NCBI GenBank assembly: GCA_036376275.1
Contig: DASVAP010000014.1
Coordinates: 23,839-87,838 of the forward strand
DNA: 64,000 nucleotides
Source: Planctomycetota bacterium
Lineage (GTDB): Bacteria; Planctomycetota; UBA1135; GCA-002686595
Direction of reading: 5' to 3'
The notes beneath the pieces are model-generated. The model searched no databases and was not told the origin of the DNA. It saw only the letters and a program-made list of their open reading frames with translations. This document shows, one piece after another, positions 17,753-27,682 of this stretch (its first letter is position 1; each line of letters starts with the position of its first letter). The translations under genes and the position numbers were made by a program.

Positions 17753-18630
17753 TGCGCGTCCCGACCCACCTGGAAGAGCGCGACTTCCGGCTCGACGACG
17801 AGCACGATCCGCTGCGCACGATCCGCGGGCGCCTGGCCTACCCCGGCGGGGCCGAGGAGGCCGGCGCACCGCTCGCCTGCGTGCTCGTGCTGCACGGCTT
17901 CAAGGGCTTCATGGACTGGGGCTTCTACCCCGCGCTCGTGCGCACGCTCGTGGCGCGCGGCCTGGCCGTGGTGCGCTTCAACTTCTCGGGCTCCGGCGTG
18001 GGCGACGATCCCGAGCGCTTCAGCGAGGAGGCGGCCTTCTTCGCCAACACGCCCTCGCGCGAGGTCGACGACGTCGAACGCGTGCGCGCCTGGCTCGACA
18101 CGGGCGCGGTGCCGTGGATCGATGCGCGGCGCGCTGCGCTGCTCGGTCACAGCCTGGGCGGTGCCGTGGCCCTGATCCACGCCGCGCGGCGCGCGGACTA
18201 CCGCGCCCTGGTCGGCTGGGCGAGCTGCGCGACCTTCCGGCGCTTCCCGCCGGAGGTCGAGGCGCTGTGGCGCCGCCAGGGCCACGTCGAGATCCCCAAC
18301 CTGCGCACGAAGGAGGTGCACCGCCTCGGGCTCGGCTGGCTCGAGGACCTGGAGCGCAATGCGCGCGCGCTCGACGTGCTCGGCGCCGCGCGGCGGCTGA
18401 CGACGCCGGCGCTCTTCCTCCATGGCAGCGCCGACGAGGCCGTGCCGCTCTCCGAGGGCCGCGCGATCCTCGCCGCCTGCGCGCCGGGGGTGGCGGACCT
18501 CGAGGTGGTCGAGGGCGCCAGCCACACCTTCTGGGCCGACCACCCGCTCTCCGGGATGCCGCCCGCGCTGGCCCACGTCCTGCGGCGCAGCGCCGATTTC
18601 CTGGCCGCGCGCTGCCGCGCGCGCGCGTAG
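17752..18630 (+). CDS. alpha/beta hydrolase
   Basis: 292 aa from the ATG at 17752. Has VLHGFKGF, the nucleophile elbow GHSLGG, and a late His in EGASHTFW. Confidence 0.7.
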   Translation: MRVPTHLEERDFRLDDEHDPLRTIRGRLAYPGGAEEAGAPLACVLVLHGFKGFMDWGFYPALVRTLVARGLAVVRFNFSGSGVGDDPERFSEEAAFFANTPSREVDDVERVRAWLDTGAVPWIDARRAALLGHSLGGAVALIHAARRADYRALVGWASCATFRRFPPEVEALWRRQGHVEIPNLRTKEVHRLGLGWLEDLERNARALDVLGAARRLTTPALFLHGSADEAVPLSEGRAILAACAPGVADLEVVEGASHTFWADHPLSGMPPALAHVLRRSADFLAARCRARA

Positions 18631-18650
18631 GGGCCGCGCGCTCCCTCCCT

Positions 18651-20165
18651 TTGCTAGGCTCCCTCGTGCTCGCCTTGCCTCCCCTGAGCCTCGTCCCCCC
18701 GCTCTACGTCGCCCTGCTCGCCGTGCTGGCCGTCTTCGGCCTGCACCGCGTGTGGATGGTGCTGCGCTTCCGGTCCCTGCGCGGGCGCGCGCTCGCGCCC
18801 CTGGCCGAGACCGACCTGCCGCGGGTCACGGTGCAGCTCCCGCTCTACGACGAGCGCACGGTGGCGGCACGCCTGATCCGCAGCGTGGGGGCGCTCGACT
18901 ATCCGGCCGAGCGGCTCGAGATCCAGGTCCTCGACGACTCGACCGACGAGACGCGCGCGATCGTGGACGCCGAGGTGGCCGAGCTCGTGCGCCAGGGGCT
19001 GCGCGCGCGCGTCCTGCGCCGCACCACTCGCACGGGCTTCAAGGCCGGCGCCCTGGCCGAGGGGCTGGCCCACGCGCGCGGCGAGCTGGTGGCCATCTTC
19101 GACGCCGACTTCGTGCCGCGTCGGGACTTCCTGCGCGCGCTCGTGCCGGCCTTCGCGGACGCGCGCGTGGGCATGGTGCAGGCGCGCTGGGAGCACGCCA
19201 ACCGCGACGAGAGCCTGCTGACGCGCGCCCAGGCGACGCTGCTCGACGGCCACTTCGTGATCGAGCACACCGTGCGCCACGAGGCGGGCCTGTACTTCAA
19301 CTTCAACGGCACGGCCGGGATCTGGCGGCGCGCCGCGATCGACGCGGCCGGCGGCTGGCAGCACGACACGCTGACCGAGGACCTGGACCTCTCCTACCGC
19401 GCGCAGCTCGCCGGCTGGAGGTTCGTGTACGCGCCGCACGTGACGGCCCCGGCGGAGGTGCCGGCCGAGCTGGCCGCCTTCCAGGGCCAGCAGCGCCGCT
19501 GGGCGCGCGGCTCGGTGCAGGTCGCGCGCAAGCTCGCGCGGCGGATCCTGCGCGCGCCGGTCCCGCTGCGCATCAAGCTCGAGGCCGCGGCCCACCTGAC
19601 GAGCAACTGCGGCTATCCCTTCGTCCTGGGGCTCGCCTTGCTCCTGCCGCTGGTCGCACGCAGCGGCACGGGCCTGGGAGCGCTGGAGCACCTGGCGGCC
19701 TTCGTCGTGTGCACCTTCTCGGTCGTGCTCTTCTATGCGCGCTCGCAGGCGGCCGTGGGGCGCTCCCTGGCGCGGCGGCTGGTCGACGTACCGGCCGCGC
19801 TGGCGCTCGGCATCGGCATGAGCGTGGCCCAGACGCGCGCCGTGCTCGGCGGCCTGCGCCGCGCCACGGGCGAGTTCGTGCGCACGCCCAAGCGCGGGGA
19901 CGCGCCGGCCCGCGCGCGCTATCGCAGCACGCTGGCCGGCTCGGGCCTGCTGGAGCTCGCCCTCGCGCTCTGGCTCGGCTGGGCCCTGGTCGCGAGCGTG
20001 CGCGCGGGAGCCTGGGGGGCGCTGCCGTTCCACGCGCTCTTCGTGGCCGGCTTCGGCTGGGTCGCGACGCTCTCGCTGTGCGCCTGGGCGAGCCGCGCCT
20101 TCAAGGGGCTGCAAAGACGCCGCGTCGGCGACGTGAGCCTGGCCGGCGAGACCTCTCCGGGCTGA
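18651..20165 (+). CDS. family-2 glycosyltransferase, processive beta-glycan synthase type (CslA/cellulose-synthase-like)
   Basis: D,D,D,QxxRW architecture: VLDDSTDET, AIFDADF, TEDLDLSYRAQ, QGQQRRWARG. Hydrophobic segments flank it at the N and C ends. The start is TTG 18651 or GTG 18666. The 5' part of the track ORF overlaps the hydrolase gene. Confidence 0.8.
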   Translation: MLGSLVLALPPLSLVPPLYVALLAVLAVFGLHRVWMVLRFRSLRGRALAPLAETDLPRVTVQLPLYDERTVAARLIRSVGALDYPAERLEIQVLDDSTDETRAIVDAEVAELVRQGLRARVLRRTTRTGFKAGALAEGLAHARGELVAIFDADFVPRRDFLRALVPAFADARVGMVQARWEHANRDESLLTRAQATLLDGHFVIEHTVRHEAGLYFNFNGTAGIWRRAAIDAAGGWQHDTLTEDLDLSYRAQLAGWRFVYAPHVTAPAEVPAELAAFQGQQRRWARGSVQVARKLARRILRAPVPLRIKLEAAAHLTSNCGYPFVLGLALLLPLVARSGTGLGALEHLAAFVVCTFSVVLFYARSQAAVGRSLARRLVDVPAALALGIGMSVAQTRAVLGGLRRATGEFVRTPKRGDAPARARYRSTLAGSGLLELALALWLGWALVASVRAGAWGALPFHALFVAGFGWVATLSLCAWASRAFKGLQRRRVGDVSLAGETSPG

Positions 20166-20266
20166 GCGAGCCCCGTGCGGGTCGCGCGCCGCGGGCGCGG
20201 GGTCGTACACTCGCTTGAGTCGGTCCGCAGGGCCGGCCGATCGAAGGGGATCCGCCCCCGCCCGCC

Positions 20267-20617
20267 ATGACCGGAACCGCCGCCCACGACCCGCACGATC
20301 CCTCCGGACGACGCATCGTCGTTCCGGGAGGAGCCCGGCTCGCCTTCACCTTCGACGAGGCGCGCGTGGAGGCCTGCGAGGGCGAGACGATCGCCGCCGC
20401 GCTGCTCGCGGCCGGCCGGCAGGTCCTGCGCACGACCGAGCGCCGGGACGAGCCGCGCGGGCTCTTCTGCAACATGGGCGTGTGCTTCGAGTGCCTGGTC
20501 GAGGTGGACGGGCACGCCAACCTGCGCGCCTGCCAGACCGTCGTGCGCGCCGGCATGCGCGTGCGCACGCAGCGCGGGTTCGGGTACCGCGACGCGGCCG
20601 CGGAGCTGGGCGAATGA
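20267..20617 (+). CDS. (2Fe-2S)-binding small subunit, HcnA / opine oxidase / D-hydroxyproline dehydrogenase gamma-like
   Basis: 116 aa. Cys cluster FCNMGVCFECLVEVDG...LRAC. ATGA overlap with the next gene. Confidence 0.75.
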   Translation: MTGTAAHDPHDPSGRRIVVPGGARLAFTFDEARVEACEGETIAAALLAAGRQVLRTTERRDEPRGLFCNMGVCFECLVEVDGHANLRACQTVVRAGMRVRTQRGFGYRDAAAELGE

Positions 20618-22059
20618 TCCGGCGCAAGGTCGTGATCGTGGGCGCCGGTCCGGCCGGCATGTCGGCCGCGCTGGTGCTGGCGCAGGCCGGCGTGCGCCCG
20701 ACGGTGCTGGACGAGAACCCGCGCGTCGGCGGCCAGATCTTCCGCCAGCCGCCGCCCGGCTCGCCGGCCGCCGCGGCGGCGCCCAAGGACGCGAGCGCGC
20801 GCCACGGGGCCGAGCTCCTGCGCCGCTTCGAGGCCGCGCGCGCGCGCATCGAGCTCCTGAACGAGGCCCACGTGTGGGGCGTCTTTCCCGAGCGGCGCCT
20901 GGCGATCGGCAACCAGGGCGGCTGGCAGGTGGTCCAGCCCGAGCACCTGGTGCTGGCCACCGGCGCCTACGAGTACACGCCACCCTTCCCCGGCTGGACG
21001 CTGCCCGGGGTCATGACGCCCGGGGGCGCGCAATCGCTGGTCAAGACCTGGAACGTGCGGCCCGGGAAGAGCGTGGTGGTCGCCGGCACGGGGCCGTTCC
21101 TGCTGGTCGTGGCGCGCCAGCTCCACGCCGCCGGGGTCGAGGTCGAGGCCGTGGTCGAGCTCGCGCGCCGCAGCGAGTTCCTGCGCCACGCTCCGCGGCT
21201 CCTCTCCGCGCCGGGGCTCCTGTTCGAGGGCGGGAGCTACCTGCGCGAGCTCAAGGCGGCCGGCATCCCGGTGCTGTGGGGCCACGTCGTGTTCGCGGCC
21301 GGCGGCGCGGAGGGACGGCTGCAGCACGTCTCGCTCGCGCCCTGCGACGCCGAGGGCACGCCCGACCGCGCGCGCGCGCGCACGCTCGAGACCGACACGC
21401 TGGCGATCGGTTACGGCTTCGTGCCGCGCGTCGAGCTGGCCCAGCTGGCCGGCTGCGAGCTCGTGTTCCAGGACGAGCTCGGCGGCTGGATCCCGCGCAC
21501 CGACGAGAACGGTGAGGCCAGCGTGTCCGGCGTGTGGGTCGCCGGCGACGGCGGCGGCGTGAGCGGCTCGGTCGTGGCCGAGCTGGAGGGCGAGCTGGCG
21601 GGTCTCTCGATCGCCGGGCGCCTGGGCCTGCTCGACGCGGCCACGCTGGCGCGCGAGAAGGAGCAGCGCCTCGCGCGCCTGGCGCCGCTGCGACGCTTCC
21701 GGGCCGCGCTCGACGCCGTGTACCGCGTTCGGCCGGGCCTGGCGCGGCTGGCCGAGCCCGACACGCTCGTGTGCCGCTGCGAGGAGCTGGCGGCCAGCGA
21801 GGTCGACCCCGCGATCGGCTTCGGCGGACACGACTTCCGCACGCTGAAGGTGATGACGCGTCTCGGCATGGGGCCCTGCCAGGCGCGGATGTGCTGGCCG
21901 GCGATGATGCGCCGCATCGCCGACCGCACGCAGAAGTCCTGCGCCGACGTCGGCCCGAGCCGCTTCCGCCCGCCCGTGCGCCCGACGACGGTGGGGGACC
22001 TGGTGCAGCTCATCCCCTTCGAGGACCAGGCCGACGCCCCGGCGGGAGCGGGACGGTGA
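20614..22059 (+). CDS. FAD/NAD(P)-binding oxidoreductase subunit with BFD-like 2Fe-2S domain (HcnB/OoxA-like)
   Basis: 481 aa. Motifs: KVVIVGAGPAGMSAALVLAQAG, a second dinucleotide fold VVVAGTGPFLLVVARQL, and C-terminal LVCRCEE...GMGPCQARMC. Confidence 0.75.
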   Translation: MIRRKVVIVGAGPAGMSAALVLAQAGVRPTVLDENPRVGGQIFRQPPPGSPAAAAAPKDASARHGAELLRRFEAARARIELLNEAHVWGVFPERRLAIGNQGGWQVVQPEHLVLATGAYEYTPPFPGWTLPGVMTPGGAQSLVKTWNVRPGKSVVVAGTGPFLLVVARQLHAAGVEVEAVVELARRSEFLRHAPRLLSAPGLLFEGGSYLRELKAAGIPVLWGHVVFAAGGAEGRLQHVSLAPCDAEGTPDRARARTLETDTLAIGYGFVPRVELAQLAGCELVFQDELGGWIPRTDENGEASVSGVWVAGDGGGVSGSVVAELEGELAGLSIAGRLGLLDAATLAREKEQRLARLAPLRRFRAALDAVYRVRPGLARLAEPDTLVCRCEELAASEVDPAIGFGGHDFRTLKVMTRLGMGPCQARMCWPAMMRRIADRTQKSCADVGPSRFRPPVRPTTVGDLVQLIPFEDQADAPAGAGR

Positions 22060-23282
22060 AGCACCCCGACGTCCTGATCGTCGGCGGCGGCGTGATCGGC
22101 TTCGCCGTCGCGCACGAGCTCGCGCGCCGCGGGCTGGCGGTGCAGCTGCTCGACAAGGACCTGCCGGGCCGCGCCACCTCGGCCTCGGCCGGCGGGCTGT
22201 GGCCGGTGGGGGAGGCGGTCGGGCTCGGCTGCGGCGTGATCTACCAGGCGACCCAGGCCGCCGCGCGCCAGGCGACGGGCGAGCTCGCGGCCGGCGAGGA
22301 GTGTCACGACGGGATCCTGCCCGCGCCGTTCCGCGACCTGCTGGTGGCGAGCAACGCGCTCTTCCCGGCGCTCGCGCGGGAGCTGCAGGAGAGCGCCGGC
22401 ATCGACATCGAGTTCCGCGTCGGCGGCGGGCTGATCTTCGCGGTCTACGAGCCGCGCGAACAGGAGTACGTCGACCGCGTCACCCAGGCCCTGCCGGCGA
22501 GCTGCCGCCTGGAGCAGCTCACGCCCGAGGAGGCCTGGAAGATCGAGCCGCTGCTGACGCGCGAGATCCAGGGCGCGGCGCTGCTCTCCGGCGAGCACCA
22601 GGTGAACCCGATGCTGCTGGCCGAGGGCTTCAAGCGCGCCGCCCTGCGCCAGGGGGCCGAGTTCCACCACGACACGCGCGTGACCGCGCTGCGGCGCGTG
22701 GGTGAGCGCATCGTCGGCGTCGAGGCCGAGGGCGAGTTCTTCCCGGCCGGGACGGTGGTCAACGCCGCCGGGGCCTGGTCGGGCGAGCTGGCGCGCACCG
22801 CCGGCCTGCACTGTCCGGTGTTCCCCGTGCGCGGGCAGATCGTTCTCACACAGGCCCTGCCGCGCGCGATGAACGCGTGCCTGTCGACCTCGGGCTGCTA
22901 CATCGCCCAGAAGCTGCACGGCGAGGTCCTGATCGGCAGCACGACCGAGCGCGTCGGCTTCGACGTCGACGTGACCCCGGAGGGCATCGCCGGCCTGTGC
23001 AAGGGGGCCGTGCGCGCGCTGCCGCTCGTGCGCTACGTGCACATCAAGCGCGTCTGGGCCGGCCTGCGTCCGGGGACCTCCGACGAGCTCCCGATCCTCG
23101 GCCCCGCGCCCGGCATCCAGGGCTACGTCAACGCGACCGGCGCCTTCCGCACCGGCATCGTGGCCGCGCCGCTGACCGCGCGCCTGGTCGCCCAGAGCCT
23201 GCTGGGCGAGCCGACCGACCAGCCGATCGAGCCCTTCCTGGCGGCGCGCTTCGGGGCCCCCGAGCCCGCGCCGGCGGCCTGA
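22056..23282 (+). CDS. FAD-dependent oxidoreductase, DAO family (HcnC/OoxB/glycine-oxidase-like)
   Basis: 408 aa from GTG 22056 (GTGA overlap). Motifs: DVLIVGGGVIGFAVAHELARRG, PVRGQI, WAGLRPGTSDELPILG. Confidence 0.75.
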   Translation: MKHPDVLIVGGGVIGFAVAHELARRGLAVQLLDKDLPGRATSASAGGLWPVGEAVGLGCGVIYQATQAAARQATGELAAGEECHDGILPAPFRDLLVASNALFPALARELQESAGIDIEFRVGGGLIFAVYEPREQEYVDRVTQALPASCRLEQLTPEEAWKIEPLLTREIQGAALLSGEHQVNPMLLAEGFKRAALRQGAEFHHDTRVTALRRVGERIVGVEAEGEFFPAGTVVNAAGAWSGELARTAGLHCPVFPVRGQIVLTQALPRAMNACLSTSGCYIAQKLHGEVLIGSTTERVGFDVDVTPEGIAGLCKGAVRALPLVRYVHIKRVWAGLRPGTSDELPILGPAPGIQGYVNATGAFRTGIVAAPLTARLVAQSLLGEPTDQPIEPFLAARFGAPEPAPAA

Positions 23283-23306
23283 GCGCAGCGCGCACGCCGC
23301 TCGGCG

Positions 23307-25097
23307 TCAGGGAAGCGCGGTGGAGCTCAGGCGCGAGGGCCGCTCCCCGCCGCCGTCCTCGATCGTGTGCAGGAGCCCCGCGGCCAGCTCGGCGAAGCGC
23401 TCGACGCGCCCGTCGGCCCAGGTGACGACGAGCTCGTCGGCCTGGGTCGCCGCGCCGAGCCCGAAGTGCTCGCGCGGGTCGTTGCTCGACAGGAACCCGC
23501 TGTTCGTCCCGATCAGGCGCAGGTGCTGGCGCTCGCCGACGCGCAGGACCAGGCGCGCGCCGATCGCGTCGCGTCCGCCGTTCCCCTTCGTCGGCGCGCC
23601 GATCAGGTGCACGAGCAGCCAGCGGCCGGCGGGCGAGTCGTTGCGCAGCAGCGTCGGAGGCTCGTCGAGGTTGCCGACCAGGAGGTCGGGATCGCCGTCG
23701 CCGTCGACGTCGCCGAGCGCGCTCGTGCGCCCCGCGCGCGGCACGACGAAGTCCGGGCCGCCGCCGCCCGCGGGCACGACGAAGCGCCCGTCGCGCAGCT
23801 CCCAGAGCTGGTTCGCCTGCCGGTAGCTCGTGCCCAGCTCGACCTGGTCGACCTGCGGGTAGGTGTGGCCGTTGATCTCGAACAGCTCGAGGTCGCCGTC
23901 GGAGTCGAAGTCGACGAAACCGCAGCCCCAGCCGACCATGAGCCAGGTGTCCTTGCGCAGGCCCATCTTGCTGGTCACGTCGCGGAAGAAGCCGCCCTCG
24001 AGACCGCGGAAGAGCGTCGAGTAGTCCTCGACGAAGTTCGTGACGAAGAGATCCACCTTCAGGTCGCCGTCGTAGTCGCCCAGCGCCCCGCCCATGCCGC
24101 CTTGCGGCCGGCCGTCCTCGCGCACCGCCACGCCGCTCTGCAGCGAGATCTCGGCGAAGCGCCGGCCGCCGTCGTTGCGCCACAGCAGGTCCTCGAGCAC
24201 GTCGTTGACCACGAACACGTCGAGCCAGCCGTCCTGGTCGGCGTCGAAGGTCAGCACCTGGAAGCTGAAGCGTCGCACGCCGTCGATGCCGACCTCCTGC
24301 GAGGCGTCCACGAAGCGTCCCGCGCCCTCGTTGCGGAAGAAGCGGTCCGGCGAGGGCTCCAGCCCCATCGGGCCCTTCATGACCGGGATGTCCTCCAGGC
24401 GCTTGCCGCCCGCCACCTCCTGGCTGTGCCCGTGCATGGTCGCGCGCGGGCGCTCGCGCAGCATGCTCTCCTCGTCGAACTCCAGGTACTCGCCCACGTA
24501 GAGGTCGAGGTCGCCGTCCTTGTCGAAGTCGAGGAAGGCCGCGCCGGAGCTCCACTCGCGGTCGTCCAGGCCCGAGCGCGCGCTCACGTCGACGAACTTG
24601 CCCCCGCCGACGTTGTCGTAGAGCACGTTCGGGCCGTAGTTCGAGAGGTACATCTCGACGTCGCCGTCGGAGTCGAGATCCACCGTGCGCACGCCGTTGG
24701 TCCAGTGTGGGTCGCCCAGGCCCGCGGCCGACGTCCCGTCGGTGAAGCGCGCCCGGCCGTCGTTCCAGAAGAGCGCGTCGCGCGGCTCCTCGCCCTCGGC
24801 CAGGCCCTCGAGGCGCCCACCGTTCGAGAGGTAGACGTCGAGGTCCCCGTCGCCGTCGGGGTCGAAGAGCGCCGTGCCGGCCCCGAAGGACTCGACCACG
24901 AACTCCTTGTCCGGCGTGCCGTTGACCTGCGTGAAGGCCGCCAGGCCCGATTCGGCGGTGATGTCGGTGAAGAGGTAGGGCAACGCCTCTCCGCCGACGC
25001 TCGTGGCCGGTGCGGCCGCGCCGGGCGCGTCCTCCGCGCAGGAGCAGGCCGCGAGCACGCCCGCCAGCGCGAGGACCGGCACGGCGGTGCAGTTCAC
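23307..25097 (-). CDS. CRTAC1-family FG-GAP/VCBS repeat lipoprotein with ASPIC/UnbV-like C-terminus
   Basis: 596 aa. Lipobox-like VLAACSC. Recurrent DxDGDGDLD units: DPDGDGDLDVYL, DLDSDGDVEMYL, DFDKDGDLDLYV, DADQDGWLDVFV, DFDSDGDLELFE, DVDGDGDPDLLV. C-terminal GTNSGFLSSNDPREHFGLG. Confidence 0.8.
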   Translation of the reverse strand: MNCTAVPVLALAGVLAACSCAEDAPGAAAPATSVGGEALPYLFTDITAESGLAAFTQVNGTPDKEFVVESFGAGTALFDPDGDGDLDVYLSNGGRLEGLAEGEEPRDALFWNDGRARFTDGTSAAGLGDPHWTNGVRTVDLDSDGDVEMYLSNYGPNVLYDNVGGGKFVDVSARSGLDDREWSSGAAFLDFDKDGDLDLYVGEYLEFDEESMLRERPRATMHGHSQEVAGGKRLEDIPVMKGPMGLEPSPDRFFRNEGAGRFVDASQEVGIDGVRRFSFQVLTFDADQDGWLDVFVVNDVLEDLLWRNDGGRRFAEISLQSGVAVREDGRPQGGMGGALGDYDGDLKVDLFVTNFVEDYSTLFRGLEGGFFRDVTSKMGLRKDTWLMVGWGCGFVDFDSDGDLELFEINGHTYPQVDQVELGTSYRQANQLWELRDGRFVVPAGGGGPDFVVPRAGRTSALGDVDGDGDPDLLVGNLDEPPTLLRNDSPAGRWLLVHLIGAPTKGNGGRDAIGARLVLRVGERQHLRLIGTNSGFLSSNDPREHFGLGAATQADELVVTWADGRVERFAELAAGLLHTIEDGGGERPSRLSSTALP

Positions 25098-26044
25098 GGC
25101 CGCTCCTCGCCCGGACGCAGGCGGCGCAGCAGCTCGAGCGCCGGCGCGTGCTGCGCGTCGAGCAGGAGCGCGCGCTCGGCCCAGCGCACGGCCTGCGCCT
25201 CGGCCGCGAGCTCGAGGTAGAGCTCCGCCAGGGCCATGCAGGCCGCCGGATCGCGGCTGTGCTCCTGCTGGTGCGCCAGCGCGGCCGTCAGGCGCTTGCC
25301 GAAGGCGCGCAGGCGCTCGAACTCCGCGCGCATGCGCTCGGCCGCCGCCGGATCGCCGAGCCGTCCGTACAGGACCGCCAGGGCCGAGGGCGGCCCCGGG
25401 TGCGCCGGGTTGGCCGCGCGCGCCGCGAGGTAGGCGTCGCGGGCCTCCTCGAGCCGCTCCTCGCCCTCCAGCGCGAGCCCGAGGCGCAGCAAGAGCTCGT
25501 CGTCCCCCGGCAACAGCGCGCGCGCGCGCGTCAGCTCCTCCACCGCACGCCGTGTGTCGCCCTCGGCGGCGAGCAGGAGGCCGAGCTCCTTGCGCGCGAG
25601 ACCGTGCTCCGGATCGAGCTCGAGCGCGCGCGTGAGTCGCGCCGACGCCTCGGCCCCGCGGTCGGCCTTGGCCAGGCCCCGTCCGGACCAGTAGGCGGCC
25701 TCGGGGTCCTGCGGTGCGAGGAAGCAGGCCTCCTCCAGGTGCTCGATCGCGCGCTCGAGCCGCGCGCGGTCGACCGTCGCCGTCGCGAAGCGCACGTCCG
25801 AGTGGCTGAGGAGGAGCTTGCCGAGGGCCAGATGCGCCTCGGCCCAGTCCGGCGCCAGCTCGGCGGCCCGCTCGAGCTCCGCCGCCGCCTCGAAGGGCTT
25901 CTCCTCCGCGAAGAGGGCGCGCGCGCGGGCCATGGCCTGGACGGCCTCGGCGGAGGGTCTGGCCGGCGCCGGAGCCCCGTCGCCGCAGGCGGGGCCGAGC
26001 GCGATCAGGAGCCCGAGGAGCATCGAGTGGGGGAGCGAGATCAA
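25094..26044 (-). CDS. TPR-repeat lipoprotein
   Basis: About 310 aa. Signal plus LGPAC lipobox. Repeated 34-aa Ala/Leu/Glu-rich helical pairs (AHLALGKLLL, AAYWSGRGLAKA, LLRLGLALEGEE and others). GTGA overlap with the CRTAC1 gene. The start is TTG 26044 or ATG 26023. Confidence 0.7.
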   Translation of the reverse strand: MISLPHSMLLGLLIALGPACGDGAPAPARPSAEAVQAMARARALFAEEKPFEAAAELERAAELAPDWAEAHLALGKLLLSHSDVRFATATVDRARLERAIEHLEEACFLAPQDPEAAYWSGRGLAKADRGAEASARLTRALELDPEHGLARKELGLLLAAEGDTRRAVEELTRARALLPGDDELLLRLGLALEGEERLEEARDAYLAARAANPAHPGPPSALAVLYGRLGDPAAAERMRAEFERLRAFGKRLTAALAHQQEHSRDPAACMALAELYLELAAEAQAVRWAERALLLDAQHAPALELLRRLRPGEERP

Positions 26045-26199
26045 TTCGGGGGGCCCAGGAAGGAACGGAATCTATCGTCCCCGCTGGGCGGGAAGTCGCG
26101 TGATCTCTGGCCCGCGGCGGGCTCGGGAGCTTTCCCGCCGCGCGAACGCCCGGGTCCTGGACGGAGAGCTATCCTCGTCCGCTGGAGGTCTCGTTGCAC

Positions 26200-27678
26200 A
26201 TGAAACTTGCGCTGGCGTCGGCCGTGCTCTTCCCGTCCCTCCTCGCGGCCCAGGCGACGATCCGCGTGCCCGCGGACGTGCCCACGATCCAGGGCGCGAT
26301 CGAGCTCGCCCAGGACGGCGACACGGTGCTCGTCGCGGCCGGGACCTACGGCGAGCTCGTCGACTTCCTCGGCAAGGCGATCACCGTCACGAGCGAGAAC
26401 GGCGCGGCCGTGACCACGATCGACGCGACGGGTCTGTTCGACAGCGTCGTGCGCTTCGGGAGCGGCGAGGGGCCGGACTCCGTCCTGCGCGGATTCACGG
26501 TCACGGGCGGCAACGGCGGCTCGCAGGTCGGTGGGATCCACGCCCTGGGAGCCTCGCCGCGCATCGAGGCCTGCATCGTGCGCGGCAACACCACGGCCGC
26601 GTCGGTCGCCGCGGGCGTCGGCGGGAACGTGCGCATGGTGGACTGCCTGGTCGAGGGCAACATCGGCTTCGCCATCGCCGGCGGGGTGTGGGGCGAGGCC
26701 GTGCTGCGCCGCTGCACCGTGCGCGGCAACCAGGGCTACGACGCGGGCGGGATCGCGCTGCTGGGCAGCGGTCGCGCCACCGACTGCGTCATCACCGGGA
26801 ACACCTCCGAGGAGGGGACCTATGGCGGCGGCGTCAACCTCGCTGGCGCAGCCACCTCGCTCGTGCGCTGCGTGATCGCCGAGAACACGGCCGTCTCCCG
26901 CGGCATGTACCCCGTCTCCAGCGCGGGGGTCTTCACCTTCAGCGCCAGCGGCGCGCCGCTGATCCTGAACTGCACGGTCGTGCGCAACGCCGTGGTCTCC
27001 CCGCACGTGCCGCCGGGCGAGGACTGCGGCGGGATCCAGGGCCCGGCGCAGGTCGTCAACACGATCGTGCGCGACAACGACGGGCTCCAGATCGGCCTGC
27101 GGGCGACGCCCCAGGTCGCCTTCTCGAACGTCGCGGGCGGCCACCCGGGCCCCGGCAACTTCGACCTCGACCCGCTCTTCGTCGATCCGGCGAGCGGTGA
27201 CTACCACCTGCAGCCGGGCTCGCCCTGCGTGGACGCCGGCGCGCCCCAGTCGCCCCCCGATCCCGACGGCACGCGCGCCGACGTGGGCGCGTTCCACCTC
27301 CCGCAGGCGTTCGTGGTCGTGCGCAACGGCACCGGCCTCAACCCGATCCTCCTGACGAGCGTGACGGCACCCCGAATCGGCGCCGACTGGCACGCGCGCG
27401 TCGACTCGAGCTTCCTGGCCGGCGCCGGGCTGAGCGTGATCACGGTCCGCACCCTCGGGCTCGACCCGGGCCTCGTCCTGCCGCAGGGTGAGCTCCTGGT
27501 GGACGGGAGCGAGCTCCACCGCGCGGTCGCGGCGAGCTCGGGCGGGACCGACGACCTGCTGGTTCCGATCCCGAACGTCGCGGCCCTGGTCGGACGTGTC
27601 GCCCACGCGCAGGGGATCCTGTTGGCGGGCCGGCGCTTCCGCCTGGGGAACGCGCTCGAGCTGCACCTCGGACACTGA
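26200..27678 (+). CDS. secreted right-handed parallel beta-helix repeat protein
   Basis: Signal peptide MKLALASAVLFPSLLAAQA. Repeating units of about 22 aa with C-V/I-x-G-N: IEACIVRGNT, MVDCLVEGN, LRRCTVRGNQ, ATDCVITGNT, LVRCVIAENT, ILNCTVVRN. GGAGG lies 11 nt before ATG 26200. Confidence 0.7.
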   Translation: MKLALASAVLFPSLLAAQATIRVPADVPTIQGAIELAQDGDTVLVAAGTYGELVDFLGKAITVTSENGAAVTTIDATGLFDSVVRFGSGEGPDSVLRGFTVTGGNGGSQVGGIHALGASPRIEACIVRGNTTAASVAAGVGGNVRMVDCLVEGNIGFAIAGGVWGEAVLRRCTVRGNQGYDAGGIALLGSGRATDCVITGNTSEEGTYGGGVNLAGAATSLVRCVIAENTAVSRGMYPVSSAGVFTFSASGAPLILNCTVVRNAVVSPHVPPGEDCGGIQGPAQVVNTIVRDNDGLQIGLRATPQVAFSNVAGGHPGPGNFDLDPLFVDPASGDYHLQPGSPCVDAGAPQSPPDPDGTRADVGAFHLPQAFVVVRNGTGLNPILLTSVTAPRIGADWHARVDSSFLAGAGLSVITVRTLGLDPGLVLPQGELLVDGSELHRAVAASSGGTDDLLVPIPNVAALVGRVAHAQGILLAGRRFRLGNALELHLGH

Positions 27679-27682
27679 TCCG

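Noticed and set aside
20267-23282. Naming the three-gene flavoenzyme operon hydrogen cyanide synthase (hcnABC)
   Set aside because: The same subunit architecture occurs in opine oxidases and D-hydroxyproline dehydrogenase. Motifs alone cannot discriminate, so only the family-level call is kept.
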